NCBI RefSeq assembly: GCF_009914755.1 | Contig: NC_060948.1 | Reading direction: 5' to 3' (one strand) | Source of the DNA: the human T2T-CHM13v2.0 reference genome, Homo sapiens | DNA length: 64,000 nucleotides | Part shown: in pieces, positions 29,591-47,297 of the stretch | Layout of the letters: every line of letters starts with the position of its first letter | Numbering within the stretch: position 1 is the first letter of the stretch | Translations under genes and position numbers: made by a program | Notes under the pieces: generated by a model | The model's input: only the letters and a program-made list of their open reading frames with translations | Databases searched by the model: none | What the model was told of the DNA's origin: nothing

Positions 29591-31210
29591 TGCCCTTGTG
29601 GTGACCTGCCTGTGGTTCCATATCCCCCCTCCAGCAATGGATCCAGAAGCCAGCCCAAGTGCCACCTAGTGCTCTTGGATTGGGGGCTGACCATGGTACT
29701 CTCTGTACTGGCAGGTGCTGCTGACCCAATTTGCATCAATTTAATTGCAATAAAGAAATAATCCTGAGGAGACATCCCTTAACTGTAGCCCTATTATAGG
29801 GTGTCTCTCTGTAGCCCCATTGTGGGGTGTCTGGATTGATGAGCTTCCTAGGCACTGCCAATGCCTCCTTCCTTCTCCTGACTGGTTCTGTAGACCTTTG
29901 GTGGGGTGTATGTAGCCCCATTGTTGAGGGTCTATTTGTAGCTCCACCATAGGGTATCTGTGACTATAGCCTCATTGTGGGGTGTCTGTTTGGCTCTTAG
30001 TGTATCTCTGTTGGCTGTTTCTAGCTAGTAGGAAGAGTACTTGTCTGGGAGATTTCTCCTCAGTCAGGAAGATTTTGAGGAGGTTTCTCAGATGGAGAAT
30101 AGGAGAACAGTTTGGAAGGGGTACTCTTGGAGTTCTTCAATAGGAATCTGGTTTGGAAAGCTTTTTGTCCATATCATCTCTGTGTGTGTTTGTATATGTG
30201 GAAGAGATCTCAGAGGCAATGTGGATGAAAGTCCAGCTGGCCTAACTCAGAGAATCCTCCTTATTTGTCTTCTCACATTTGATCAACCCTAAAGAAGTCT
30301 CAATGGGTGGGTCTCTTGGGTTGACTATCTGCTCTTCCTCTTGCCAAGAGACCCCATTGTGAATTACCACTCAGTGGTCCATCCCCACCTGGAGTAAATC
30401 AAAGACAACAAGGATGAACAAGTAAAAGTTTAAGCTTTGCCAGGTTTATATTGAGTGCTGAATGAAGTGACTAATGTCTGTTTTGTCGTATGTATTTTGC
30501 TGAGATGGAAAATGTTAATTTGGTTCCCCATGCAGCCTGTTGGGCAGCATCTTGTAAATTAAAAATCTTGTGTATAGTTCCATAAAACAGTAAAGGATGA
30601 TTTTTTCTTGTAAAGTGGCTTCAACCAGAAGCCACTCTATTATTCTGGAAGCTGCAGGGAAAGGGAACCCAGGGACCTGGTATGGCAGTGAAAAGGGTAA
30701 GAAATTCTTACCAGCCAAGTTTCTAGTCTCTCTTTCTCTGTCTGGGTAAAACAGTAAACTATTGGTCTCCTCTACTAGGGTTTAATCAATAGAAAAAGGG
30801 ATTTGTAAGACTAGCCTTATGCTGTACCAAATCTGGTGTTCTTTGTGCTAAGAATTTGTCTTTCTGTGCTCTGTAATGGAGAGACAGGTATCATAGGATA
30901 GAATGTGAGTTTAGAACCCCTATAAGCCTGCTTTTCAAGCCAGCTTGGCAGGCTGGTCAGTAACGAACTTTGCCATAAGTCTCTGATACCAATACTGTAT
31001 GAATTTCTCTGTCTTGTTTTGTGTCCTTACAGCTTAAACTTGTGACCATGTGGAGATACTTTCTTTTGGTTTCCACCCACCAGAGGACAAAAATTTAGGG
31101 GTTCATGCCATAGTTAGTCCTAAAAATTTTTCTTAAGCAGTTAAAAGCCTTACAAGCTTAAAATTGGCTTCTCTAGGCTCCTTCTGGGAAAAGCAATAGA
31201 AACTGTTCAA

Positions 31211-31283
31211 TGCTATATAGCTCAGTAGTTAAGGCTTTATATTTTGGCAGTGGTGGCTTGGGTTCAATTGTTGGCTTCTGGAA
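31211..31283 (+). other. Degenerate tRNA-like cassette (A box and B box) within HUERS-P1
   Basis: TAGCTCAGTAG at 31218 and GGGTTCAATT at 31260, colinear without gaps to tRNA-Glu; acceptor stem decayed. Confidence 0.5.
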
Positions 31284-32881
31284 TAATTCCTTTCTGGTTG
31301 TTATTTGTGCAGCTTTGCCATTTATTGAGGTTTTTTCCCTAGTTTCTGATTTCCTCTCTTGAATTTTCCTTTCTCTGAACTACCTTATGGAGATTCTAAA
31401 TCTTGCCTTAAAAAATAAAAGAAAAGAAAAGAAACTGCTTACCATGTATTTGCAGCACCTAGGAGGTTACCTTTCATGAAATTCAGAAGCTAGAAATATT
31501 GGCCACTTGGCATAGCTAAATCAGGTATTAAGAAATTTAAAAGAACTTATTTTTAAAGAGTGCTATGGTTAAAAGTTATCTTAATTAAAGTGGATAAACA
31601 AGCTATAGATATATTTAAAAGACCTTTATGTTTTTCTCTTCTTGGAAGTTGTTTTTCTGGAAAAACGTTTTTTCATCTTAGTTGACTGAATTAGTTTTCT
31701 CCATTGTTTTGTCTTGCCACTCTTAATGCTCACCTAAGAGGCCCTAAGATAACTTCTGGTAGCCTGGAACTCCTTGGAGAAACAGGGGAGGTGCCATAGA
31801 CCCAATTTTGGGAGATAAAAACCTCTGTTTTCCTCATGAAACCCCAGGAATTAAAAGCAGATAAATCCCTCTCAAAATCAAGGGCTCTGTTCTGTTTTGC
31901 ATTGTGTTATCTGACAGTTTTAAGTTTTGTGGGTATCAGAAATTACTTCACATTATAATAACTAGGTAGAAAATATATTTTAAGAGATAGCTAATAGTAG
32001 CTATAGAGGGATACTTGACTGTGTGCACACTCGGATCAGAGAATCTTGCTCTTGGCAACCTGAAAGATAAGGAAACACCCCCATCTCCCCACTGGGAGAT
32101 AAGACTCTTATGAGAGAAGAGCTCATTAAAAAAAAATGGGCTGATTGGCTTTGGGTTGCCTTGCAATGAAATAAAGGATAGAAGCACTGCACTGTCTTCT
32201 CCTGTAGTATTTCCCTCTTTCTAGAGATCCAGTACAAAATGGAACCCTTAAGTCTGGGTATCTGTCTTTACATTCAACTACTTATTTGCTGCATATTTAG
32301 TTCTAGAAATGCATGCTTTTCTGACCCTGTTCTTCCAAGGGCTCCATCCTGAAGCCAGTAATCCAGTTAAGAAAATGACAAAAAGTTTACAAGTGCTGAA
32401 TCTTCTATCTGTGTGTATATTTGTGTTGTATGTTTATATATAAAGGAACACTGATGATTAATTGGCTTTGAAAAATAAGCACTTAAATGAAATATTTTCT
32501 CAAAAAATAGAAACTGTAATGCCTTTTGGTTCACATGACTTTAGAAATCTTTTGGAAATAAACACAGTTTTAAAGATTATTGGTAAAAAAAAGTCTTGAA
32601 AATGTAGACATTTCATCTAAATTAAGGTCAGATATCAGGTTTGCTAAATGCTTTAAGGTAAAACTGTTTCTTTGACTTTTGAAAATTGTTTGATTTACCT
32701 ACTTCATAGCATTGGATTATAAATAAGGCCAGGGGACATAGGAAGAGCCATACCCACCCACTAGATGTGCTAAAAGAAGTCAGACCTCATCTTCATTTGT
32801 GGCTAATATCCTAGGGTCCAACCCTAGTACATAATTAAAATCACTTACTTATCAGGTTTTTCACTAAAAATAAAAGTTGCT

Positions 32882-33180
32882 GGCCCACAGCAGTGACTCA
32901 CACCTGTAATCCCAGCATTTTGGGAGGTCAAGGCAGACAGATCACCTAAGATTGGGAATTCAAGACCAAGCTGACCAACATATAAAACCCTTTCTCTATT
33001 AAAAATACAAAAATTAGCTGGATGTGGTGTTGTGTGCCTGTAATATCAGCTACTTCAAAGGCTGAGACAGGAGAATCACTTGAACCCAGAGGGCAGAGAT
33101 TGTGGCGAGCCAAGATCGTGCATTGCACTCCAGCCTGGGAAACAACAGTGAAACTCCATTTCAAAAAAAAAAAAAAAAAA
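32882..33180 (+). mobile_element. AluS (Sq/Sp-like) in HUERS-P1
   Basis: Full dimer with A-tail; flanks aaaagttgct/aaaagtgct. Confidence 0.92.
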
Positions 33181-33731
33181 GTGCTGAAAGTTAACATTGT
33201 AACATGTAGTTGAGACCATTGGAAAAACATTTTACATACAAGGTGTATAGGAAATGTGTTTTTCATTAAAAAAATGTATATATATATGAAGGCATAGGAA
33301 TATGGCTTTTGTTAAAGGTAATGTAATTTTGTCTAGTTCAAAGCGTTTTAAAAATTGTCTTAACCTAAAAGAGTAACGGAACACAATTAAAACTTTAAGC
33401 AAAGTGAAAAGGGTTTATAAAGGGTTAATCTTGTAATATTTCTGTGGGTATAAAGAATTTGGCTGCTAAGATTTAAAAGAAATCATTTAGCTTTTTTCCT
33501 TAAGTAAAAGCTTTAAAATCATACTAATTTGGGGCTAGAATCTGGGGCCATGTATCTGAATAACAGGGTTTTATTTATTTATTTTTTTATTTTTATCTGC
33601 TATTTAATGGAAATTTGTAAAGGGTTCTAATAAGTTTATGAAAATCTTACTTTATAGTCAAACTGAATAAAACTGGATACAGACATAAAATTTTATTTAA
33701 TAAACTAGCTTTAACATTAAAGATGCACTAA

Positions 33732-34091
<360 letters not shown>

Positions 34092-34940
34092 TAATATATT
34101 TTTTTCCCTTTGGTAAATTGCAAAAGAAAAAAAAAAGGAGAAGGAGAGAGAAAAGACAGATTCAGTTGGCCTCATGCTATCTTCATGGGGTCTTTTTGGA
34201 AAGCTAGATCTCCACTATCAGAGTAAAGATTTTTCATTTAAAAATTTTTTTCGAGTTTATCATTTTGGCCAAATGAAAAACTTATGGTGACCTGGTATTC
34301 TATTTTGTGATATCTAGCATTTTAAACCTTAATATTTAACAAACTTTCCAAAATCAAATTATAAAATGTCTCTTTATTACCTAATATTTTAGATATTAGG
34401 TCCTCTAAAGTCCAAAAATAACTTTTGACTTGTTTGGTACAAATATGATACAAGGAGCATTGTCAAATATAAAATGGTGTATGGGTTTCTTTAGTCTAAA
34501 TTCATATAAATGTTTTATTGGTATGTGTTCAAAAACTATGTACAACTCCCATAATTCTAATATAATTTAGCATATGTTACCAGTAATAATTATAATTACT
34601 ACATTAACAGACTGTGTGCCACAGAGGTAACAAATTTCTTTGTCAATCATGTCTTTAACTGTGGCTGCCCTAAAATGATTTTGTCACCCACAGACAACTG
34701 TCATTCTGATCCTCCTTCAAAGATGATTTTATAATCAGCTTTTATATTTTATAAAATTTCACAGGTGCTCTTAAATGCTGGATACTAATTAATAGTACTG
34801 GAGATTGTGAGATTAAAATAAAGAAAACAGTTTCAAATAAAAAAGTAAATAGTATTTTATTTACTTTGGATTGTGTTTGTATAAATATGTTAGTAGTGTA
34901 TGTTCCAAAATTATGGGAAGCTTCTATAATGTTGATATAA

Positions 34941-35240
<300 letters not shown>

Positions 35241-35432
35241 ACATTATTAATAACTAAAATTGTTATGTAAGATTGGTGTATGCCTGCCACAGAAGTAACC
35301 AAAATTCCTAATCACTTGTAGCTTTAACAGTGGCTATAAGCTTTTGTCATCCACAGACATTTTGCCTTGGGTTGTCCTTTTTCAAAAGGCAGTTTATAAA
35401 CAGATATAAGACCATAAGTACAGGTCTCATAT

Positions 35433-35918
35433 TGTAATGCCAAAGGTTCTTGCCTTAGCCATGCCAAAGAGAGACATGGATTGGACTGAGAGAAAAAAAG
35501 CTGTAGGCTTTATTGAGCAGAGTGACAATACAAGGCTTCCACCATGTAGAAGGGGTCCCAAGAAGGTAGCCAGTATTAGAATTTTTGATCACCTTTTAAA
35601 CTCTTTAGGGCGGGAAATACATGCAGAAGGAAGATGTCACCAGAGCAAGAAACAAAGACAATTAATGTATCTTAGATCTTGATGGAAACCAGAATTGTAA
35701 CTTAAGTTTTATCTACCTTATGACCTTGCAGCAGCATGGCAAAGGAGATGGGATCTCACAGGATTTTACAAATTGTGTTTACAAGGAATTAGAATTGGGA
35801 GCATAGATAAGGTCTGCTGGTCACAGAAATGTTAAATGCTTTTAACATTGTTTTTAGGTTCAGGGGATGGGGACGGGAGACAGGGGGTGAGGACACAGGG
35901 AAGCTTACAGCTTACAGC
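35433..35918 (-). mobile_element. LTR30, 3' LTR (start of U3 deleted)
   Basis: Homologous to 40351-~40815; fused directly to env at ~35918. Confidence 0.9.
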
Positions 35919-36478
35919 CAAGGTGTCCATTGGTTAAACATATTCCAGGGCCCTGAGTGTTGAAGCTCCTTTTTTCTACTTTCTGTTCGTTCTCTTATTT
36001 CTTTGACCTTTTCAGTAATGATTTCTGACTGGTTAATGAAATAGCAACATTCTTCTCGTAAGAAGAGGCAGGCTCCTCCCCTTTCAGCTGTTAATAAGTC
36101 TAGGGCTCTCCAGTTTTGAAGAGCTACCACAGCTAGAGAATTAAGCTGGCTTTGTAGGGTCACTAGGGAGTCGGCCACTCGTTCCATATCGTCATTTAAT
36201 TCTCATGATAATTTATAATAGAATTGGATGGAAGAGGTTATGCCTCCAATTCCAGTCCCAATCCTACCCAGTATTCTAGTTCCTGCAATAAAAGGGACAA
36301 TAAGGACTTGCGTGTGGTGAGATTGGGGTATAAGGAGACTTTGTAACTCCTGTTCGGTATATATGGACATGGGAGGTGCTAGAAAGGAGAGAAAGAGTAG
36401 TTCTTTTGGAATGCCATTTAGGCATTAATAGCTGTGCTATTATAGATGAAAAAAATGCCTGAAGTTAGACAGGTGTAA
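35912..36478 (-). pseudogene. HERV30 env remnant (SU C-terminus plus TM ectodomain), HERV-W/syncytin-1-like
   Basis: GTGIGGITSSIQFYYKLS*ELNDDMERVADSLVTLQSQLNSLAVVALQNWRALDLLTAERGGACLFLREECCYFINQS: immunosuppressive domain and CX6CC; in-frame stop; furin site decayed. Confidence 0.92.
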
Positions 36479-37200
36479 CCTGAGGTCTTGTACTAGTCTC
36501 CACTGACCATTTGGTTTTTGTATTCCTAGTATTGTGATGTTGCAAGGAATGCTACACTTTCTTGAAAGATCCCACCACTTTTCCTTATCAAAGGCAATAT
36601 CCTCAAAGGCCTGAAACTCTCAAAGGATTTCTTCAGTAAGAAAACTAAACCTTGAGCTTTTAATTGTCTAACGATATCCTGTAATCCTTTGAGAGCTTCA
36701 GGCCTTAAGGGATATTGACTTTGATAAGGAAAAATGGTGGGATCTTTTAGCCTGATTTGGACTGGATGGGCATTCTTTGCTCTTCCAAATTGTCCTTCTA
36801 AGGCCCAGACCTCAAAGTTGATTCCTTCTTCAGGTAGGAAACAATGAATAGGTAATTTGTTCCCCATATTAATGTAGATAATGGTCCTGGCTTTGGCTAA
36901 TATGTCCCTCCCTAATAAGAGTGTGGGACTTTTGGGCTTAACAAGAAAGGCATGTGAAAAGAGCAAAATCTCCCAGCTGCAGCTGAGGAGGTGAGCGAAA
37001 TACCTGGTTACAGGCTGTCCTAAGATTCCTTAGATAGCAAATGACTTTAAGGACAGTCATTCAAGGCAGGAGATTAAAACTGAGAAGGCCACGCCAGTGT
37101 CCAGGAGGAAGTCCACTTCCTGGACCTCAATGGTCAAACTTACCCAGGGCTCTGTGAGGGTGATGGCATGAGCTGGCACTTGTCCTGGGCACCCTCAGTC
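36479..37200 (-). pseudogene. HERV30 protease plus N-terminal RT remnant
   Basis: FLLDTG (protease) near 37100; LLGRDIL; PVQIRLKDP..FPYQ.QYPLRPEA; KPNGQWRLVQDLR, then deletion into env. Confidence 0.9.
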
Positions 37201-39000
<1,800 letters not shown>

Positions 39001-40329
39001 CTGGAATTTTAAACACAGAGATGCCCATACCCCTTGTTAGTCCTCGGACTCATCTTCTCTTAGGGTGTCCCCCAAGGGTCGGGTCCAGTTGTGCTCAAAG
39101 CTCATAGTGGCTTTTCCTGAGCCCTCCATCTACCAGATTTAACCATGCTTACCAGCAAGATAGAAACTTCATTTGCCCCTGCCGTGCACCCATTGACCAC
39201 TAAATGGGGCACAGGGACTGTTGAATTTATTGTGGTCTTTCTTCCAACACATGCTCCCTGTTCCAGGGTTGTAAGGCCTGGGTCAGGGGCACCACTGATG
39301 ACTGCATACTGAGGCCCAATTTACATGGGCCTGGCCATAAAACTGTCCTTCAAGGAGGAATCTCTGAATTAGCAACAAGAGGCTTAGTAAACTTTAAGAG
39401 GGTGATGCATGTCCTCTAGGCCAGGGCTGAGAAAACAGCTGCTGTACTCTAGCCTTCTGTCCCCACTTGCCATCAAAGGAGTAAGCCCCTCTCTTAAGGT
39501 GGTACAAGTATCTTGTGTCCTAACTGACTTTATTTTCTTTCTTCCAATACCAACTATTGAATGGTTCAAATAGCAATTCAATGGCTCTAAGAGCTGTGCC
39601 CATGCACCACAGATTGTACTCCAGAGGCCCCAAGGAAGGGGAAAGTCTATCTGGGGAGCAATGGAGGAAATGCCCTAAGGCTTTTATTATCCACATGAAA
39701 ATTATAGACCTGTTTTTAAATTGTCCTGATGTGGGGGACCATACACTATGGTGGGGAACTGGCCCTTCAAAATAGCCATTGAATGGCAACACCTGTCTTA
39801 ACCCTGGAGGGCACCATGAACAGGGATCTTCTGGACACCATCCCAAGAATTTAAGACTTCTAAATAGGGAATCTTGATCCTGCATAGCAGGAATAACCTT
39901 GCTTGTGAAATGAGGAAAGAAGTCTAGCCAGTGGACATTAGTACCTAGGAAGCTGGGGTCAGAAAACGTGGTGGTTTCATGCTCAGTAACCCTTGCAGGG
40001 GGAGCCTCTGCCAGGAGATCTGGGAGACTAGAACGTCTGCTGATAACTCCCAGGTGTACTTTGAGACCACCACGGAAAGTTAAAGAGTATGTACTGGGTC
40101 CAGACTAACTAACGTTCCCAGCCTCGGAGGGTTGGGGGTTGTCAGAGAACCCTTTTCCAGACAGCCTGACACCTGTGTCTTTAGTCCAGCGGCTGTGCTA
40201 ATAGCTTTTAGTGGCTGACAGGTGCCTGGTTGAGCCTCCAAATTCTAAGGAAGGACAGGACAGCATAGCAAGCGAAAGAGGTCTAACCATACTCACTACG
40301 TGATGATCTGGATGCCTTTCCTGGAGATC

Positions 40330-40347
40330 CTCCTGGCTGGCTTGCCA
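40330..40347 (-). promoter_or_regulatory. Primer-binding site, tRNA-Arg
   Basis: Minus strand TGGCAAGCCAGCCAGGAG vs TGGCGAGCCAGCCAGGAG (17/18), next to the 5' LTR30. Confidence 0.88.
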
Positions 40348-40350
40348 AAA

Positions 40351-41009
40351 TGTAATGCCAAAGGTTCTTGCCTTAGCCATGCCAAAGATTTAGTGTGGTG
40401 GCAGCCCACAGTGACAGAGGGACACGGATCAGACTGAGAGAAAAAAGCTGTAGGCTTTATTGATCAGAGTGACAGTACAAAGCTTCCACAGCATGGAAGG
40501 GGTCCCAAGTGGGTAGCCAGTGTTAGATTTTTTTCATCACTTTTTAAACTCTTTAAGGTGGGAAATACATGCAGCGGGAAGATGTTACCAGAGCAGGAAA
40601 CAAAAACAACACGTCTGAGGTCTTGAGGAAAATCAGAAGCATAACTTAAGTTGTATCTGCTTTATGACCTTGCAGAGGCATGGCGAAGAAGACAGGAACT
40701 CACAGGATTTTGCAAATTGTGTTTACAAAGAATTGGAATTGGGAGCACAGTGAAGGTCCACTGGTCACAGAAAAACAGGCTTTTAACATTCCGGGGACAC
40801 AGTGAAGCTTACAGCAAAAGTTTCACTGTTTATAGCTTTCTTGGGGAAGAAAACACATGCACAAATTCTGATGTTAGGAATATTTTAAGCATATATCTTC
40901 AATATTATTCATCCAGGACCAAAGTAAGTCCTGATGCAGGAAATCAGTGAGTTTCACAGCTTTCTCAGACCCTACTTGACCCAGGAAGCCCAGCTGTAAC
41001 CTCCTCTCA
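40351..41009 (-). mobile_element. LTR30, 5' LTR of HERV30 provirus
   Basis: Minus-strand start tgagaggaggttacagctgggcttcctgggtcaagtaggg; provirus flanks atat/aaat (4-bp TSD, 1 mismatch). Confidence 0.92.
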
Positions 41010-42243
41010 AAATAACTTTAAAAATTGTTCTATTGGAGTAGAGAAAAGAAAACAAAACTTCTAGGATTCTCATGAAAATCAAATGTGTTAAAAATTGCTA
41101 AACATTTTGTTTTCAGTCAAAAGAACTTATTTATTTACAGCTATTTGTAACTTTTAACAAGTGAGTAAAATATACTCTTGTAAACAAAATTTGAAGCATA
41201 TTTGTTCCTATCTGATTTCTCTGTAATTTGGAAACTGTTAGTAAATATTCACAATTTATAGCAGTTTAGTTATTTGTGTAAGTACAATTAGAATGTTTTC
41301 TTTTGTAACAGGACACGACAGGGAAAAACTAATTATTTTACCAAGGCTTTCAATGAAATGGTATGCTTTCTTTAACTAATTAAAGTTGACTTATAAAGCC
41401 AACAAAAGTCACTGGGGAATCTGGCTTCATACCTTGTCCACAAAGAGTCCCTGTACAGCATTCCTGACCTGTGGTAAGTAAAAATTGTCACTTACTAATA
41501 GGCCCAGGAACCCCAAGTTATCTTGGGACCTCAAGAGGAAAGAAATTTATCTAACTCATAGGTACTTGAGGGTACAAATCCATTGCTAGGCTCAGCTTTT
41601 AAAAGGTCTTATCTGAGATTCTTCATGAAATAGAATTATATCAAAGCTAATTTAAAATGCCTAAGTAAAAAATAATTATCCTTGATGAACTTTATGCAAA
41701 TAATTAGCCAAGTACAATAAAATTGAAGTTTATTTTATAAAGAAAACAGTTCTATCATGATTTGTTTTTAATAAAAAATGGGACTGGAAAAAGAAAAATT
41801 ACACTTTAAAAGAAAAACTATAGTAAGCGTTTGTTAGCTGTTCTTGAAGTTTTTTTCTGAAGTTAAGACTAAATTCTAAATTATATATTGTTTGGAAGTC
41901 ACCAAACTAATGCTTTCAACTCTTTGCTTTTGAAATTGGGAATTGTAGTCCTCATCGTAGGACTCATTATTTATAATATACTAGACTGTTCACTTAAACC
42001 CTGCAGTAAAACTATAGATAAAAGTACTAATGATTCTGCCATGCAAGTCTTGGAAGCCCTGTCAGGCCTGCATGAGTACACTCAGACAGTAGCAAAGTGG
42101 TTCTACTCTTCTCAACTTGGGGTTCACTACTCTTCCCACTAAGTCGCCTGTCAGCAGGAAGAACCAAAGCTATCGATGACTTTTTCCCATCTCCATAGCC
42201 TACACCTAAAAATTAAGGTGTTACAAAACTCAAAGGGAGGGAT

Positions 42244-43260
42244 TGAAGCCACGTTTGCAAGCTGTACGTGGTGGCTCACACCTGTAATCCCAGCATTTTG
42301 GAAGGCCGAGGTGGGCAAATCACAAGGTCAGGAGATTGAGACCATCCTGGCAAACATGGTGAAACCCCATCTCTACTAAAATACAAAAAAATTAGCCAGA
42401 AGTGGTGGTGCACACCTGTAGTCTCAGCTACTGGGAAGTCTGAGGCAAGGGAATTGCTTGAACCCAGGAGGCGGAGGTGGCAGTGAGCTGAGATTGTGAC
42501 ACTGTACTTCAGCCTGGTGACAGAACAAGAGACCATCTCAAAAAAAAAAAAAAAAAGAAAGAAAGAAGAAAGAAAAAAGAAAAGGCCTTTGCAAAATTAT
42601 GACTGAGATAGTGAAAGAGATCTGACTTAACTGAACTCATCTTGCTTCTAACTTCGAAGTTGTCCTTTTTCATTCCTGGGCATAGGCTAAACTAACTTTG
42701 GGAGAAACTTAGTTTATGGTTTAAACAAACACTCTAACAGCCCCTTCCCAAAGCAGAATTTCTTCTTGCCTGCAGACTAAATTAGCTTTGCAGAACTAAC
42801 ATTAGCCGCAAAATTAGAAATTATGGCTTCAGAGTCATGTAGCTGGAGGCTACAAAACTCTGACCCTCCCTAAACTGCTCCTAAGATCTGTGTTTGAGAT
42901 ATTTTGCAGATCTTACACTTGATGAACAGCTGGCCCCACCCAGATCAATAAACTGGCTCATCTGATCTTGTGGCCCCCACCTAGGAACTAACAAGGCAGG
43001 AAGACAGCTTTGACTCCGTGTGATTTCATCTCTGACCAATCAGAACTCCTGGTTCAATGGCTTCCTCCAACCCCACCAAGTTGTCCTTAAAAACTCTGAT
43101 CCCTGTATACTCAGGGAGATTGATTTGAGTAATAATAAAACTCCAGTCTTTCGCACAGCTGGCTCTGCATGAGGTTCTCTTTCTGTATTGCAATTCTCCC
43201 GTCTTAATGAATCAGCTGTGTCTAGGCAGCAGGAAAGGTTGAACACCTTGATCAGTTACA
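42244..43260 (+). mobile_element. LTR8, 3' LTR of HUERS-P1, Alu inserted after its first ~17 bp
   Basis: PPT then tgaagccacgtttgcaa|Alu|gcctttgcaaaattatgactgag…cagttaca. Confidence 0.92.
42261..42583 (+). mobile_element. AluSc-like
   Basis: tcacaaggtcaggagattgagaccatcctgg; A/GAAA tail; tttgcaa on both flanks. Confidence 0.92.
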
Positions 43261-44206
43261 GGTTCAGCAAATAGATCAGGTGACTTCATGATTATTTTAG
43301 CTGTAAAACTTTGTTCTATTCTATCTGAAAAGTTTTTAGTCACAATAAAGTCAAGGGAGGTTTTCATGATCAATGGACTCTTTCTATACTTTTCAAAAAT
43401 CAAGTTGGTTCAATGACTACAATTTAGTGGGGGAACTCTTTACAATACAGAAATTATTAATGACCTGTTACATATGTACTCATGTTACACTATTGCCAGT
43501 GATATAGATGCTCTGAAATACACTTCTTAACTTAAACTAAGTCCTGCAATGTTTCATCTCTGCTCTGATTTGTGCCATAATTATTTTTGAACAAAGAGAG
43601 ATAAGCAGAACTCTGAGCTGTTAAATCCCTTAGATAGATTCACAGCCCAATGTATCCTTAAAGAAAGGGAAATAGGATCTGATGAAGATGTGTATTGGTC
43701 CTACATCAGCAGGTATAATTCACAGAAGCAATACCGGAAATGCTGTTGCCTGGCTTCTAACCCAGTAAGATTTCCAAAGCTCTCCTTAATACAACAGACC
43801 TGCTTCAACATCTGGCCACTTAATCTGTAGCTCATATATCGACATCATCTCAGCTAAGCCATGCAGTAGAGAAAGGCTCAATTATGCTTCTCAGCTTGGC
43901 TGCACCTTGGAATAACTTGGAAGGTTTGGAAAAAGAAATGCCTCCAAAAAGAGTCCATATATCAGAGACTTACTTAGGTGTTTAGAAATACGCTCGTGAA
44001 AATGCAAAATTTGAAATATTCCAAAGTGGTGCCAATGTGCAGGTAAATTCAAGAACGAATACTCTATGTATTCTTAGAAATGTGGGATCTATGGTCTCCC
44101 ATGATGCATTTTGCATGGGCTTTCACTATTTTTATGCGTTCATTGAGCATGATACTTTATCTAAGCACGGTGCATGTTAATATGCATTGTAAAGGAAGTT
44201 GCATAG

Positions 44207-47216
<3,010 letters not shown>

Positions 47217-47278
47217 CTTCAACATGCACTGGCAAAAACTCTCCCTGCCTTCTCCATTGGGAATGCCATATGAGACAA

Positions 47279-47297
47279 CGGCCAGCAGGTGGCGATG
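47279..47297 (+). promoter_or_regulatory. Candidate CTCF motif
   Basis: cggCCAGCAGGTGGCGatg matches the CCASYAGRKGGCR core; motif match only. Confidence 0.45.

Noticed and set aside
29783-29986. CRISPR-like reading of the hairpin repeats
   Set aside because: The context is a primate ERV leader, with irregular or absent spacers and no cas genes.
31211-31283. Functional tRNA gene
   Set aside because: The acceptor and anticodon stems do not pair; it is kept only as a degenerate relic.
36526-36966. 146-aa pro/RT ORF with a novel-looking C-terminus
   Set aside because: The C-terminus is read through the inverted insertion, and the RT core is deleted.
41888-42142. Hydrophobic 84-aa ORF before the 3' LTR8
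   Set aside because: It has a non-ATG start and is at most a decayed env anchor remnant with no diagnostic motif.
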